From Harriotta raleighana (Eukaryota): a stretch of DNA of 64,000 nt. The number at the start of each line of letters is the position of its first letter. Position 1 is the first letter of the stretch. The notes below the pieces were generated by a model, which searched no databases, was not told where the DNA came from, and saw only the letters and a list, made by a program, of their open reading frames with translations. The position numbers and the translations under genes were made by a program. Shown here in pieces: positions 39,367 to 53,049 of the stretch. The DNA is taken from contig JBNZDD010013726.1 of the NCBI GenBank assembly GCA_050575255.1, positions 9,640,618 to 9,704,617 on the forward strand. Reading direction: 5' to 3'.

Positions 39367-41689
39367 AACACAGCCCAAAGAATATGCATTTCAGTCTAGG
39401 TTTTGTGTCCTCATGTATGAGTATTCAGCGTCTGTTATGATAGATTTCTAAATGTGCAGCAAAACATGGAATGGGTGACACAGATCCTAGGAGTATTGAA
39501 AATCTATAGTCACATGACACTGCGAAGGTCAGAGATCATGTGGATTAGCCACTTAAGCACTGCCACAGCAGTGTCTCTGGCTTTTATAAGATTTGTCTGT
39601 CTCTGAGCAAACTAACTTTTGAAACATATCTGTTTTTTTTTAACGCAAAATGTTCTTGCCAAATGTGTACAGTTGGTGGAAAAACATTTACGTTCTGTGC
39701 TTTGTGTGAGAAGAAGGAGCTTTGACCTTTTGCAGCTTGAAGAAGTTGTAGTGCAACTAGTGCTGAATTAATTAATGTAGTATTAGCAAACAAAGTCAAA
39801 TGTTGGGAAGAATTTGTAATTACACCACACAGAATTAGACATCATGCTTTCACAGAGTTAAAACAAATCAGCTTCTACAAAATAATGTTGCTGCTTGATA
39901 TCTGGTCTGAATATGATTCACTATATTAAGTTTAATTAAAAAAAGATCAAGTTTAATTAAACAAGATTGAGTACACAATTAATTTGAACAGGAATAGAGT
40001 ATAAATTCTCATAAGAACAATCCTCAATAGATTGAGACTATTGTATGAGTCAGAATGTTTATAGCGAAAGTGCAAATGAAGTTACTCTGGGCACGAAGTA
40101 TTACATAAAAAGATATTTTAACTTGAAAATTAAATTTCCAAATGTTTGCTTAAATCTTCTGTATCAAACGACTATGAAATAAACCCTTTCGATTATTAAT
40201 GATTTTCATATCTTCCATCCCAATGAAACGTTATAACACAATTGGTTTCATTTCCAACATAAAAATCCTTGTCTACCTTCAAGATATTATACAGGGACCA
40301 GTCTACACCCATAACAATGAGTGCAGATCAAGGGTGAACAATTTTGAAAAATATAATTGGTTGATAAATTGAAGCAATTTTAAAAAAGTAATGATTGTAA
40401 GGTAATTGCTTTCAGTGATCAATTGTGCAAACAGTTTGTACCTTGATAGGTAAGTGCTGAAAGACTATTATATCTGCTTATATTTTGTCCCTGCAAGGCA
40501 ACTATTGATGTATTAACTGAATGCTTATATCATCATCCTCCTTAAATGAATGTGACATTAATGTATCATCCATATTATATTTAATATCGGAATGTATTTT
40601 TAAAGGGAGTTTCTAGTCACTCAGCATAGTTGTAACCATGTATTATATTCTTATCCAGTGTCCATGCTGGCAAGTTCAATTTTATCTTTATTCTTAAACA
40701 CAATTTAAAGAAAAATAATACTGCAGTTCAATGCATCCGCTCTTAAAATATGGACTACATTATACCTGAAGAAAGGTCATCTAAGTAGATTTATTTTGAA
40801 TTAGAAGCTTCTAATATTTTTTACCTTAATACACAATCTCTAGGGCAGCCCATTAACAATTGCATAGATGCATTAAGGCATAGCTGTAGAAGAGCTTAAG
40901 ATGGTTTCAACGTTGCTATTTTCAATATTACATTATCAGTCTAACAGACTGCTGCACAAATCCACATTTTAAACTAAGTACTGTTCAATGTGTTAGAAAG
41001 CAATCACAGATTTTAGGCTTGGTTTGGGACTAAAATTAGATATTGTTTACACACTCACATTTCTAGGATTTGTGGAGAAACTGTTTCACATCTTGAATTG
41101 TAAAAAAAAAGGAAACATAAATTAAGTCAATAAATCCCTCAAGTAACATTAATTGTTCTTTTATATGAAAGATTGTACATGGAAAAATATGTACAGTGTT
41201 CCAGAACACAAAAAAGTAAACAAAGCAACATTTAACTTTTCTGCCAACTCTTGTGGCTTAGAAAGGCATTCAATTACTTATGGTAGAGTATTAGGTCTTC
41301 AATGGGTACTTATAGGGAAAAGACACACTGGGATTATAGCTATTTGTAACATTTACTGTGAGTGCCAGATGTGGAGAAGGCCTCAAAGTTTAGTATATTC
41401 GTATTTTGTGATTTTATTTGTGCGTGGATCAATTTATAATCACTTTTTATATTCTCCGTTATGCACCATTTCCCCATGGATTTGAAAGTGAACTAATTTG
41501 CAAGAATGTCCTAAGTTCCTGTATACCCAAATGTTTTCCATAACTCTTACTGATCTCTTGAAGGTGGCAACTCATGCTGGCATATGGTTCCTCAGACATC
41601 ATATTGGAGCTAATAAAAACTGAGGGTTGAGAAACACCCTCACTGAGGGTATCAGACCTGCTTCTATGCCTGAACACCTTTGCTGTAGA

Positions 41690-41860
41690 GAACCATGGAG
41701 AGTGATCGTGAGCAGGAACCTTTGTTAACTTTTTTTTCCCACTCATCAGAGGACATTGAGGGCTACTGTACCTCATCCCTGTGTGACTGAAGTCAATAGC
41801 TCAGCACAGTTCAGCAATCCAAACCAAGACATTTCTGATTCATACAGCTCAGTGCCACCA
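41690..41860 (-). mobile_element. Ancient SINE remnant
   Basis: gagagtgatcgtgagcaggaacc..ctcagcacag..catacagctcagt. Confidence 0.4.
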
Positions 41861-42404
41861 TTTGATGGATGTTCATCCATTGAGCGATCAGAGTATTGGT
41901 GAACTTCACAAAGAGCTGCCTGTTGTACATAGAGGATCCTACATAAAGGGCAAAGTTTCTCCAGTTTTTGTGAATTATAATTCACGAGCAATCTCTTGAG
42001 AGAGACGTACTTTCCCTCTCCTTGCTGCAAGTGTTGAAATAAAGTATTCCTGAGCTAACTCTATATTGTGAGTGTTTGTTTCTTCCTAGTTATAGCGACT
42101 ACATCTTGAGTTCGACAGCAGTCATATTAAAAAATTAGGTGATGTAATTAAATGGTATTGAATGAGGTGTCATTATATTGGGAATCATCACGCTAAAATA
42201 AACTTTTATGAAAGGTGCTTTATTTTTTGACTTCTTGGATTGTTAGCTTTGATATCTATGTGCTGGATAGCATTAATGTACCACATAGCATAGATGCCTT
42301 CCACTGGCTTAAAATATCTAAGCAATCATTGCAATCAAATATCCCAAATGCAGACATTTAATAGGTTCACTTACCTGAACATTTTAACAAATAGTGGTAG
42401 AATC

Positions 42405-42541
42405 ATTTCTAAAGTGATTAAAGGGTATGGGGATAAGGCTGGTAGCTGGAGTTAGAGTAGAATACCAGCCATGATTGAATGGCGGGGCAGGCTCGACGGG
42501 CTGAATGGCCTCCTCCTGCTCCTATTTCTTACGTTCTTATG
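42405..42541 (+). mobile_element. CR1 3' UTR
   Basis: aagggtatggggataaggc..gaatggcggggcaggctcgacgggctgaatggcctcctcctgctcctatttcttacgttcttatg. Confidence 0.8.
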
Positions 42542-42618
42542 TAGTCACTGAGAATAGAAAGAGAAGGAGCTTTTCCCCCACAGGGATTTACCTCAACGCT
42601 TTGCAACTGAAAGAAAAA

Positions 42619-42687
42619 CAACAACAACAACAACAAAATTACATTTATAGAGCGCGTTTCACGTCAGGAGGACGTCCCAAGGCGCTA
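42619..42687 (-). mobile_element. L2 3' tail remnant
   Basis: (CAA)n aaattacatttatagagcgcgtttcacgtcaggaggacgtcccaaggcgc. Confidence 0.8.
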
Positions 42688-43229
42688 AGATTGCCAAGAG
42701 GTCTGTCTGGTGTATTTGGTGACAGTGGTCAGACTGGGTGTACAGCATGAATTATCCATTTTGGCTAATGTTTGTGTAAACTAGGTGCTGTTATTGATTG
42801 ACATCGTTGCAAACAGCCTACAATGGTTACAATTTCCAGGGACAAGAATGTAATGGTGGGCATCGTCTCCTCTAGTTACCTCTCTACAAGCTCAGCTGAG
42901 ATATTATAGTCTGTTGCTGGGAAGATGAACCAAAGGGCAATAACTACAATAATAATGTGATCTATACTGGATGCTGGTGTGGCTGCAGGCTTGTGTATTG
43001 TGGTGTCAGCTTTGTTGATCTGACAGGGATAAAACCAATGTCATGAGATTGGTGTTTATTCTGCACCCACGCTTGTAATGCTGTATTGTATCAGCCTAAA
43101 GGACGACATGTCTTGCATTTTGTGAATGGCTTTTCGAAACTGGCATAAAATAAAAATTGCCTCCGGGTTTCACCATCCAAAGCATTGAACTGCAAACTCT
43201 CAAGTAGGCTGGTATAGCTAAGGTTATTG

Positions 43230-44330
43230 TACAAAAGACGATGGATTATGAGCTAACGTCACAGGAGTTAAAAAAAAATGAGCTCATGATTTATGACGTG
43301 CTTTGTAAACAACCTCCAGAACTAGTCACCGATTTTGCAATGCTTTATTTATTACGTGGTTGCTGTCTTTAAAAGATGTGGGTCATTAAGTGGGAATGAA
43401 CTGCGGTTAGATATTCTTCTTGCAGTTACGCATCACTTTCTTGGGCAATGGGCGCATTACTAACACCTCAGATAATAAACAGAGGAAACTGCATTAGGAG
43501 GTTTGTGAGTTTTTTTTCATGAGCACCACAAAAGTGAAGGATTTTTCAGGGCAATTTTGCATTCATTCCAAACCAATTAGAGTTTCAAAAGTGGAAGTCG
43601 TGGATACAGCAAAATGATTTTCGAGTTAGTGGGGGGGCTGAAAATTATATTGAACTGTTTTACATTGGCCCAATAGACCAAGGTGGGTGTTTTAGGTTCA
43701 ACTGTGACGAGAGTTCAAAACCTGTTGTGCTGTTGGTCTCGCACATTTCTGTGACTTCAGTGGAAGCACGTGTGGGAACAATGAATTATGGTTTCATACA
43801 CATGGATGAATTTTATTAGTAGTACTGTAACATATCAGTAACAGCTTGACTGGGTAACTATTTTTACTAACCATAATACAGAGTAAACAGAGATTAGGAA
43901 AACACAAACAATGTATGGGTAAGTGCTCATTTCTGCAGTAACAATAAAATATGAAATCGAGGGATAATGTTTTTTACCCAAAATGCCAAAGGAGAGTTTA
44001 ATCGTCGATCGCAAAACAAAAAATGGGTCTGGAGCACATTTTTTTTCTGTTTGAAGAACAGTGAAATCAATTATAATAGGGGAATGAGTGTGTTCCAAAA
44101 GAAAGAAAACAGAACACTTTGTAAGTACTTCAGACTCCTGCTTGTGTGCAGTACTGTATGTGATTGATCTTAATCTCCGCATGTGACATTTTCTCCTGCA
44201 TCGCTTTTAAATGATACGACAGTCAATGTAAAACTTTGAAGCGGCGGTTAACAATAATCATTCATAAATCATTTCCGACGCTGTGAGCATTTCAATTTTC
44301 ACCTTACAGCAGATTGGCCATTTCTTATTT
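43230..44330. promoter_or_regulatory. Candidate conserved enhancer region with two PBX-HOX sites
   Basis: TGATTTATGA at 43287-43296 (+) and 44262-44271 (-); FOX-type GTAAACA 43305-43311; no recognisable repeats. Confidence 0.35.
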
Positions 44331-45749
44331 TCTTATCCACTTTCCCACCCTAATATATAGATTCTTGTCTGCTATAGACCTGAGGGTGATGGAGCCCAGA
44401 CATGCTCCATCTGTCTGAAGCTGGTGCCTCTTGGTCCAGAAGACTTTAGACGACTGCCCTCAGTCACTTAGAGACACATCAGTACCTGCAATTTCTCCGC
44501 TACTTAGCCCCCTACTTAAGTATTTTACTACCACCTCTACAGAGTTTCATACAGAGTAGAGCCTGTTCTGGCCAAACATATCAATCAAGACTCTGGAAAA
44601 AAAAAAGTACAAATATGCAATAGTGTTCAAAAGATTCAAAATAGCTGCTGAGAAAACTGTCCGCTTTATCTCTAAATTTGGATGCAGCTAAAATAACCCC
44701 AAGCACTTTCCCACATTGTGTTCAAGCCTCAGCATTCTTAGAAATTTGCTTGCAGTAGAATCAAAATATTTACCAGCAGCAACAAGAAAAATGTTGGTGT
44801 CAATGAAATATTAGTGCCTATAACCCGAGAGGAGTCACCATTTTAGGATATTATAAGGAAAGTTGTGCTTTCTCAGGTAACTTTGTCATACTCCTGGATC
44901 TGAGTGCGATGATGTGCTGTCACCGCGTACTCACTTCACAGGTTTGTTAGTGGGGAAAGTGTGGCTACAATAGATTTCTCTTATTAATCGGAAGCAAACG
45001 GTATGGGATTCTTGCCAAATCTATGAGCGAAGTCAGCACAATAGCAAGTTACGTGTTAATAATTGATATCTTTGTGTACATTTTGAGAACAGTCCTAACT
45101 TATGAGCTTAGTGAAAACATACCGCCACCCCCCTCCCCCCGCTAAGTTATAAATGACTTCATAAATGTGTATGTCCTACTTTACTTTCAAAGTAGTACCA
45201 TACCTATCACTGGAAATGTATTATTTATCTTAGGACGTGACCGGATATCATTTATTCAGCACAAAAGCTATCAAAATTTATGGAGGTTACATTACAGTTT
45301 GCTTTTGTGAGAAAACCCTCCAGAAAAATAGTACATAGGTCATAAAAAGAATGTTTCGAATCCAAACGAAATGTAACACAAGCTTAACACAAACATTGGT
45401 GTAAACTAAGTATGCGTATGTATTTTTGAACATGATTATAATGGATTTCAATCTCTTCTTCATCCCCTCCGTGGCCTTCCGGGCTGTGAACCCTGGTTGT
45501 GAAGAGGAGACGGCAGGGGATCACGGATATCTTAATCGCCACCTTGCGATACTGCAGCATGGCGAGGAACTGTTGATGTTGCTTGGGGACTGCTATTGTG
45601 TGACCCAAGACCCATTCAAATGGATCTTCTTCAAATTTTCTTTCTCCTTCGCCCCCAAAAACATTCTCTCGTTCCCCCCACCTTTCATGTTGCTAGGATC
45701 AAAATATGAGATGATTTTCCACCCGAGGAATTATTAAAACTAACAATAA

Positions 45750-45926
45750 GAATAATCCTTGCATTTGATTTGGCGCTTTTCAGGTCTTCTCGACTTTTCA
45801 AAGCGCTTCACAGAATATACTGTGAAGTGAATTGACTATATATATATATATAGGTCCCACAAACACTCGTGGATTGAAATGACCAAATTTTTTTTTTGAG
45901 GGATTATTATTAGGCATGTGGAGTAA
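45750..45926 (-). mobile_element. SINE 3' half (same family as 21271)
   Basis: aataatccttgcatttga..aagcgcttcacagaatatactg..tgaaatgaccaaattttt..gagggattattattagg. Confidence 0.75.
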
Positions 45927-48210
45927 CTTAAGCAAAATATGATTAGTATGCTAAGGTCAATATATATATATATATGTTTAGTAAATGAACTGATTTATCT
46001 CACTGAAAAAGTACACAGTTGTCCTCTATTTTAACTATTTAGCAGTTTTCACTGAAAATATTCAGAATCATTTGCTACCTTAACACATCCGCACTCTCTC
46101 CAAATCCAGTTTCCCCATCCGGTCAAGGGCATCTCCATTCATTACAGAGAAAACTACTCCAAAACAAATATTATTTTTGAATCTTTGATTATCTTTCATT
46201 CTCAAAATGCTTTAAAACAGCATGTGTGGGTATTAGATGATGCAGAAACAGCTGTCGTGCCTGACTACACAGTGTCTCAATGTCAGCAGTTCAAAGCACT
46301 GGAAGACTGAAGGGGGGAGGAAATCTGATAGGTGACTGGAACCCAAATCCGGGGCTGAAGGACATTGCTTTCTTTCAACAATTGGGACGAGCAAAATCAC
46401 CATTAGCTCCTCCACCACCTTGCAGTTTCACACGAGAGTTAAGTATTTCATCATGCGTGATCATCATGCCAAATAACGTACAACGTTAAAAAAAAAATCA
46501 GCAATAATGGTTGAAGAGGGCACACTGGAATCACACCTAAGTGGCAGTGAAGATTTGCCTCTCTTTTTAAATAGAACCCCAAGAGGTTCTCGTGTCATAG
46601 CACCCTTCATTAGCGCTCACTCCAGTCTGCAGTCTGGGCATCATTAGCAATATCAGAAATCAGTGGGTAAAGGAGGGCCATTCTTCATCTTACTGACTGC
46701 TGCAAGTTCCTCTCTCTGTACGCGTCGCTGCTGAAAACAACCCCCACTGCACACAAAAGAAACCGGCTTGTGACGCAGTTTGTCTGCAAATACGCAACAT
46801 AAATCAGTTTGTAAATTTCTGCTGAGCTATTCTATGTTCTAGTTGTAGGTTAAAACTGAAATAATTGAGAGTAAAGCTACCCGCTGTGAGTATATTCTGG
46901 CTTGTAATGTAATTCCACTAAACTCTACTGCCCTCTATTGGAAGAGCAAGACTCACAGAGTCGATGCCATTCTTAATGTGTGGGGGACACATGCTTCAGC
47001 AGAAGAAAGTGTGGACTGAAATGAGACTGAAAAGCAAATGACGTGTTCATAAGTCAAATTTGTCCTTTATTCGAGAAGCCATCATATCAAATTATCAGTT
47101 GAATGATTAGGGTATCTTATATTAAACTCGTTTCCTAAAACTGAAATTCTCAATATCAAATGGTCTGCATTACAAGTGAAAACATTGAAGATTTCTATTT
47201 TAACAACAAAGGGGAAAAAAACCTTGCAAAATGTTACATAATAAAACAAATGCCATCCCAAACACACAACGTGATTACATCAATGCGTTTTAACTGTTGC
47301 CTACCTTGCTTAATAATTGTATCTTAATAGTTTACACAAACTCAATTTTAATGGTGTAAATTCAGCATTTCCATGCTTACCTGTGTCAGTGCTATTTAAT
47401 TTCTTTGTGTGGCAAAATAGTGAATGTCTTTAATTGTTTGGGACACATATGTTACGTTGTGTAATTGGCCTCAGGATACCAGCATTTTTAAACATTACCC
47501 ACTATCTTATGTACCTTGATTTCTATGGATAGGAATATTCTATTTCCATTATAATGTCATTTCTGATAGTTGAACTTGCTTGTTATCCCAAGGCATATGC
47601 CACAATGAATATCCTATAGCATCATATTAAAACTAAAATGCAATGTAAAATCTGTTGCGTTCCCGTAACTGGTAGTGTTAAAACTCGGATTTGTGTGGGG
47701 ACGGAAACTAGTTTCTATTCCATATGTGTGTTCCTGCAATGAAAATAGCCAAACAAAAAACAGTCTCATCCATTAATATGATTTAAAACATTTTCACTTT
47801 CGGTCTCTGTAACAGCTTGAACTTTTGCTGTTTCAAATGCGTGGCAGGGAGTAACTCATCTGTTCTCCTTTTATTTTGATGGTAAGTTAAGTTGTTAAAG
47901 GAAGAGCTGCAAGCTGATGAAAAATTGTGGTAGCTTGTGACCTTTAATTGATTATTCTGTGATTAATCACATTTGACATAATATGTGGTTATGCAACAGT
48001 AGCAGCTTTGCTTTATTTTTCCAAACTGCCCTGCCCAGTTTTATTTTTGCATTTTATTTGTGTTCAGAATGTACTAATTATATCACATCCTTGCATGTGT
48101 TCTCAGTGACTAACAATGGGAGCAAATGGGAGCATGAAAAGGCCCCTGGGCAGGATAAGTACCATTGCTCAAACATTGTCTTCAGTGGGAAAAGAGAGTT
48201 GCAATGAGAA

Positions 48211-48235
48211 CTCTCTCTCTCTCTCTCTCTCTCTC
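48211..48235. repeat. (CT)n microsatellite
   Basis: About 12 CT units. Confidence 0.95.
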
Positions 48236-49339
48236 CCTTTCCGTGACCCAAACATTGAACCAAAAATATTATTCCCATGGAAAGAAAAACAATCCTAACC
48301 CCCAAAACACAATTTATTTACTTGGCTTAACATTTGAAAACACGGTCTTTAAAATGTTACTCCAAGATATAGCTCGTATCAGCGATCCATCGATCCAGCG
48401 ATCCATCACTGATCCCAGAACGATCGCTGGGGCCAATATTCTATTGTTGCGTTTGAAATCGCCTCTTGCTAACTGAACAGGTAAATCGCCTCTTACTAAC
48501 TCTACACTTAAGCAGCAAGCAAATTATGGTTCCAAAAAAATCAGAATTCACATGTAATACACATAGGGGAAGGTTAATGAATTTTTTTTTTTAACAATTT
48601 CTGAAATAATTATTAGGAAAGAATCCCCACCCCCTCAAAACTCCCCCCGCCCAGGAAAAATTGCGTTTGTTGCATTTTATACCTGTATTAAATAAAAACT
48701 GAAAGGCAATAATGAATGAAATCGTAAGAATGATGAAACCATTTCTGGAGCAAAAAAAAAATGCGTAAAGAATGAAGGATTTTGTGACTGTTTTGTCAAA
48801 AGTGTTTCTGAAAAGAAATATTTTAGCAGCTCAAACATCAAAGTGAGCAGGCCACTCATTTGACAAGTGATTTGGCTGAGGTACAGTTTTCCAAGCTGGA
48901 CAAATTCAATGCAATGCAGGAACGAGGAGGTGTGCGCTGAAGCCTCAGGATTTCATTTTGCTCCCAGTAACATGCAAGCTCCAGACTATTGGCTGTCCCC
49001 TCTGTGAGCCAGATGCTTTCCTTCCAGGGGCAGTTGCACCTAACATTTGCCATGCCCCTCCCATTCCCTTATCCTCGCTTTAATGGGCATTAAAAATAGA
49101 ACAAAAAGGCTGTAGATGGGAACAAAATATATACACTACAGGCACAATCCTCTGTAGTCATTCTTCTGTAAAATGTAAAAACAAGAAAGGCCATATACAC
49201 GCAGAGTCCCTCAGGATGCAAACAGCCTTTTTAATATAGTTGTGATGCCACCACATATCTGACGCTCAAATTTCCTTTATCTCTTTAAATCACTCAAATA
49301 TTTACAAATTCCCTAAATAATAGTGGATGTGTTAAGAGC

Positions 49340-49660
49340 TTGTTTTATTCAGGGTATCATCAGCAGGCGCTCTAGCTGTGTGGCAGGATTGGACAAAGTC
49401 CCTGAAATGTTCCCCGGCTCTCTGTCAGGAGCTTCTCATGTGTCAGTAGCCATTGTTTGAGGTGATTTCCTCTTCCTCCCATATAATTACCAATCTGTCC
49501 ATCGCTGCAGATCACTCGGTGGCAGGGCACAATAATTGGCACCTGAGATTAATGGAAAAGAAAATTCATTACACATCTGTTAAATTTTACTTAGCAAAAT
49601 TCACCTTCAAGCTATTGTAAACAGCGTTCGTCAGTTTTGCAGAGTCGCAATAAAAATAAA
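49340..49660. promoter_or_regulatory. Candidate conserved non-coding element
   Basis: Unique complex sequence with clustered TAAT/ATTA, CATTGT/ACAAT (SOX-type), TGTCA (MEIS-type) and CATCTG motifs; no long ORF. Confidence 0.3.
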
Positions 49661-50736
49661 GTCTGCAGAGTAGATATTTGGGAATGTGTTACAAGGCTAG
49701 TTTCACATGGCATCCTAAAATGTGACAAAGCAGTGAGAGCAGTTTATAATAGTTAACTATACATGAAAAATTGATTTCAACCTTGAACTCATTCAGTATT
49801 TTAAAAAAAAATAGGTGTTTTTAGTTCCACGTTTGAGATGTATTTATACTGGTAACAGCTGACAGCAAAGATTAAGTCCTTGAAACATGCTGGTGTTCAT
49901 AAAAGGGTTCTACTGATTTGGGATCCACTGTTGATTGCCAACATTTGTCATAATCACTATATATTATCTATTCACTTATCAGGAATTGTAACTTTGCAGT
50001 AAATCACACTGAAACATTGTTCAGTTTATTAGTAAATATATTGCAATCCGTTTCATCCTCTGTGATTAGAAGCTTCACAAAATATACAGGCATGACTGTA
50101 ATCCACATACAGTACTATATAGACATATAGAAAATCCTAAAAATCACATTTTTTGTAGTTAGCGAGTCAGGATGATGCTTACAGCCAGATTTGAACATAG
50201 CACAATGGTTTCACCTTATGCAAACTGTATAAATAACAAGCAACAGTTAAATGCTGTTGTGTTGTGGTTGAAATGAGTTGAAAATATTAATTGTATGCAA
50301 CTTAATTTTTCAACTGCTCTGCACTTGCTTATATCAAAACCGCGATCAGCAGCCCAACGCAAGCATTGGATATTATTGCTGTGCATCTCAAAATCTACGG
50401 ATATTATGCTGCAACACTAAAACAACATTCCCCTTATAAAGGAATAAAAAACGAACTTAAATTTAAAATGACTTTAGCACTGTGACAGAGAAAAAAATAG
50501 TGCACTTGATACGATTTGTTTTGTAGTGCTGGACAATGTAATCAGGCCATGAGCATTAGTGTGAAATCTGCGTGTGTTAGGTATACGACAATTTTTCGAA
50601 TCAACTTTGAAACAGGCAACATTGCAACATGCTAATCGCGCAGATACAAGCTAATTCTAAGGTCTACTGGTATATAGCGATGTGGTCCTCTATAATTAAA
50701 TCTTTTATTTAAATAACAATTTGATTCCTTACACGA

Positions 50737-51290
50737 ACAACAACAAAATAACATTTGTGAAGCAGCTTTCACATCGGGAGGTCGTCTCAAGGCACTGGAA
50801 AGTCAGCGTTTCAAACCCGAGCTGGGGTCGGGATCTGTGAGGGTGGAGGGAAAGGAGGGCATTTGGGATGACGAATGGGACCGTCGAAGAGGAGGACTTT
50901 GAGGCGGGACTTCGAGGAGGCTTGGGAGAGGGATGCGGGATGGAATTCCAGAGATTAGGAGCAGAGTGGCTGAAGGCTCACCCACCGATGGTGGGGCGGA
51001 TGGGTCGAGGGACAGGGAGCAGGCCGGAGTCCACTGAGCGGATAGAGTGGGCAGGTTTGGTAGGTGTTTCGGAGGTTGCAGCAGTAAGGTGGGGCAAGGT
51101 CATGGACGGCTTTAAAAGTGAGGACCAGGATCTTGAATTGAATCCTCTAGTCTAGGTGATGGAAAGCCAGTGGAGTCGGGTGAGAATGGGGGTGATCGGG
51201 TCGCGGAGATAGTTGCGGTAGAGGACATGGGCTGCAGAGTTCTAGATGACCTACAGCCTCTGGAGAGAGGAGTCGGGAAGGCCGACAAAT
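50737..51290 (-). mobile_element. L2 LINE 3' fragment
   Basis: (CAA)n tail and purine-rich body; minus strand encodes ITPILTRLHWL (ggaaagccagtggagtcgggtgagaatgggggtgat). Confidence 0.8.
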
Positions 51291-51447
51291 AGCTTTACTA
51301 GATAAATAATTGGATGCCTTCTATATATATATATATATATATATGCAGTCCAGTTTTTTTCCCTTTTCAATATTAGTGTTAAGGCTAATAGTTGTTTGTT
51401 TTTGTCATCTTAACAAAGAAATAATGTCAGCAAAGAAATAATGTCAG

Positions 51448-51577
51448 TTTTTTTTTCTTGAGGGGTTATTATCAGGACTGTGGAGTAAGCAAATCTCCCC
51501 AACGCTTTGCCAGGAATCAAACCCAGGTCTCTCGGTTGCGAGGTGAGTGCTCCAACCACTGAACTACAAGACTCCAC
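51448..51577 (-). mobile_element. SINE 5' tRNA head (truncated at the internal A tract)
   Basis: Minus strand: tggagtcttgtagttcagtggttggagcactc..cctgggtttgattcc..ttactccacag..gataataacccc. Confidence 0.75.
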
Positions 51578-52004
51578 ACTTCCACATGATGCATGTGATA
51601 TGATGATATGTGATATCAAAACACATGTGATACGATTCATCCTTGAAATTCAACTTGCCCTCGCCACAAAGAAAAACTTCCAGTTTGGTTGAGGGGAGAT
51701 ATATGTCACTTTTTACTGTTTAAAACAAATGATAGGAATACACATAGGAATCTGCTTCCCATATTCCTTCTATTTTCAGAAAACACCATGGCTTCCCACT
51801 GTAACTGTCTTTTATCCCCTACTTACTCAATCCATACTGCAATGATGACTGGTTGAAGAAATGTAGTGTAAAATAATATTCAAAAAAATAAAACAACATT
51901 CGTACATTCACGTATACCGCAGGACACAACAACATTTCTCTCTCCCACTTCAAACCTTTTCTTTCCTCGGGTTGGACTGCTCCTGTGAACAAGAATGTGC
52001 ATTT

Positions 52005-52490
52005 ACAACAAAGACAACTTGCATTTTTATAGCGCCCTTCATGTGGGGCTGTATCCTGGAGTGCTTATTTATATACAACTGTTCAAATATTTTTTTTAAA
52101 ACTCAACTGTACATCACAGTGGATACCGAGCAAGAAGTGGGAGAAATGCAGAGGCAACTGAACGTATGAGAAAAGTGATGTTTTTAGAAGACTTGTCTGA
52201 TAGTATACAGAGAGGCAGAAAATAAATTTTAAAAAGAGTTCCAAGGGGGGCAGAAGTATGATGGCTCTATCTCACTCCATTGTAAAGGCAGAAAACTGAA
52301 GATTACCGCACTCGGACAGGAATGGAGGAAGTTCCAACTGAGAATTTTCTAATAGGTATACTGTGGAACTGGGAGCAAGTGAAGATCAGCAAGAACTGGC
52401 TCCACGTTACCTATATGGCCCTGGACCCAGGTTGTGAAATTCTCTGTAAATTGAACTTTGCAGAGATGGGAAGCCAATCAAGAGCACATT
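52005..52490 (-). mobile_element. Old L2 3' fragment
   Basis: acaacttgcatttttatagcgccc tail, gagttccaag and gatgggaagccaat motifs. Confidence 0.45.
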
Positions 52491-52750
52491 AAACGGATGT
52501 CTGTCCAGGTCTATTGAACATCCTTTGGTGTTATTTGGAAGGAAGAGGGAATTTCTCTAAAAGTCCTCTATACTCACATCAACACTTACTTTGAAGGACG
52601 CTACACGCACATTTAATGTCTCATTTGAAGATTGGCTCCTCTGACTTTGCAACGCTCTCCACTTCTAAACCAGTGTTAGTCAAGACTTTAAATGCAAATT
52701 CCCAACATGAAAGCTGAACTCCTAACATTTTGATCCAAGAAGAGGAAGAA

Positions 52751-52919
52751 AGCAAGTAAGATGACATCAATGATTCCAATCATTTAGACCCAACTGGTAC
52801 CAACGCGGATGTCTCCAGAACTCATAAAAGACCAGCAAGTAAGATGACATCAATGATTCCAATCATTTAGACCCAACTGGTACCAACGCGGATGTCTCCA
52901 GAACTCATAAAAGACCAGC
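52751..52919. repeat. Perfect 83-bp tandem duplication
   Basis: 52751-52833 = 52834-52916, no n at the junction. Confidence 0.9.
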
Positions 52920-53049
52920 CTAAATATGGTCCAGTTAGAATCTGTAATTCTCATCTGCTCCTACACTCAGAGGCTGATCTGAAATTCAACTAAAGGATGA
53001 ATCTTTTGTGCTGAAAGATGAGTTCGAGTTTCCATGCCACCTGATGAGT

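Noticed and set aside
41459-42030. Two adjacent minus-strand ORFs (105 and 85 aa)
   Set aside because: They overlap a SINE remnant and show no recognisable homology.
52751-52919. Direct repeats as a CRISPR-like array
   Set aside because: Vertebrate DNA, two head-to-tail units, no spacers.
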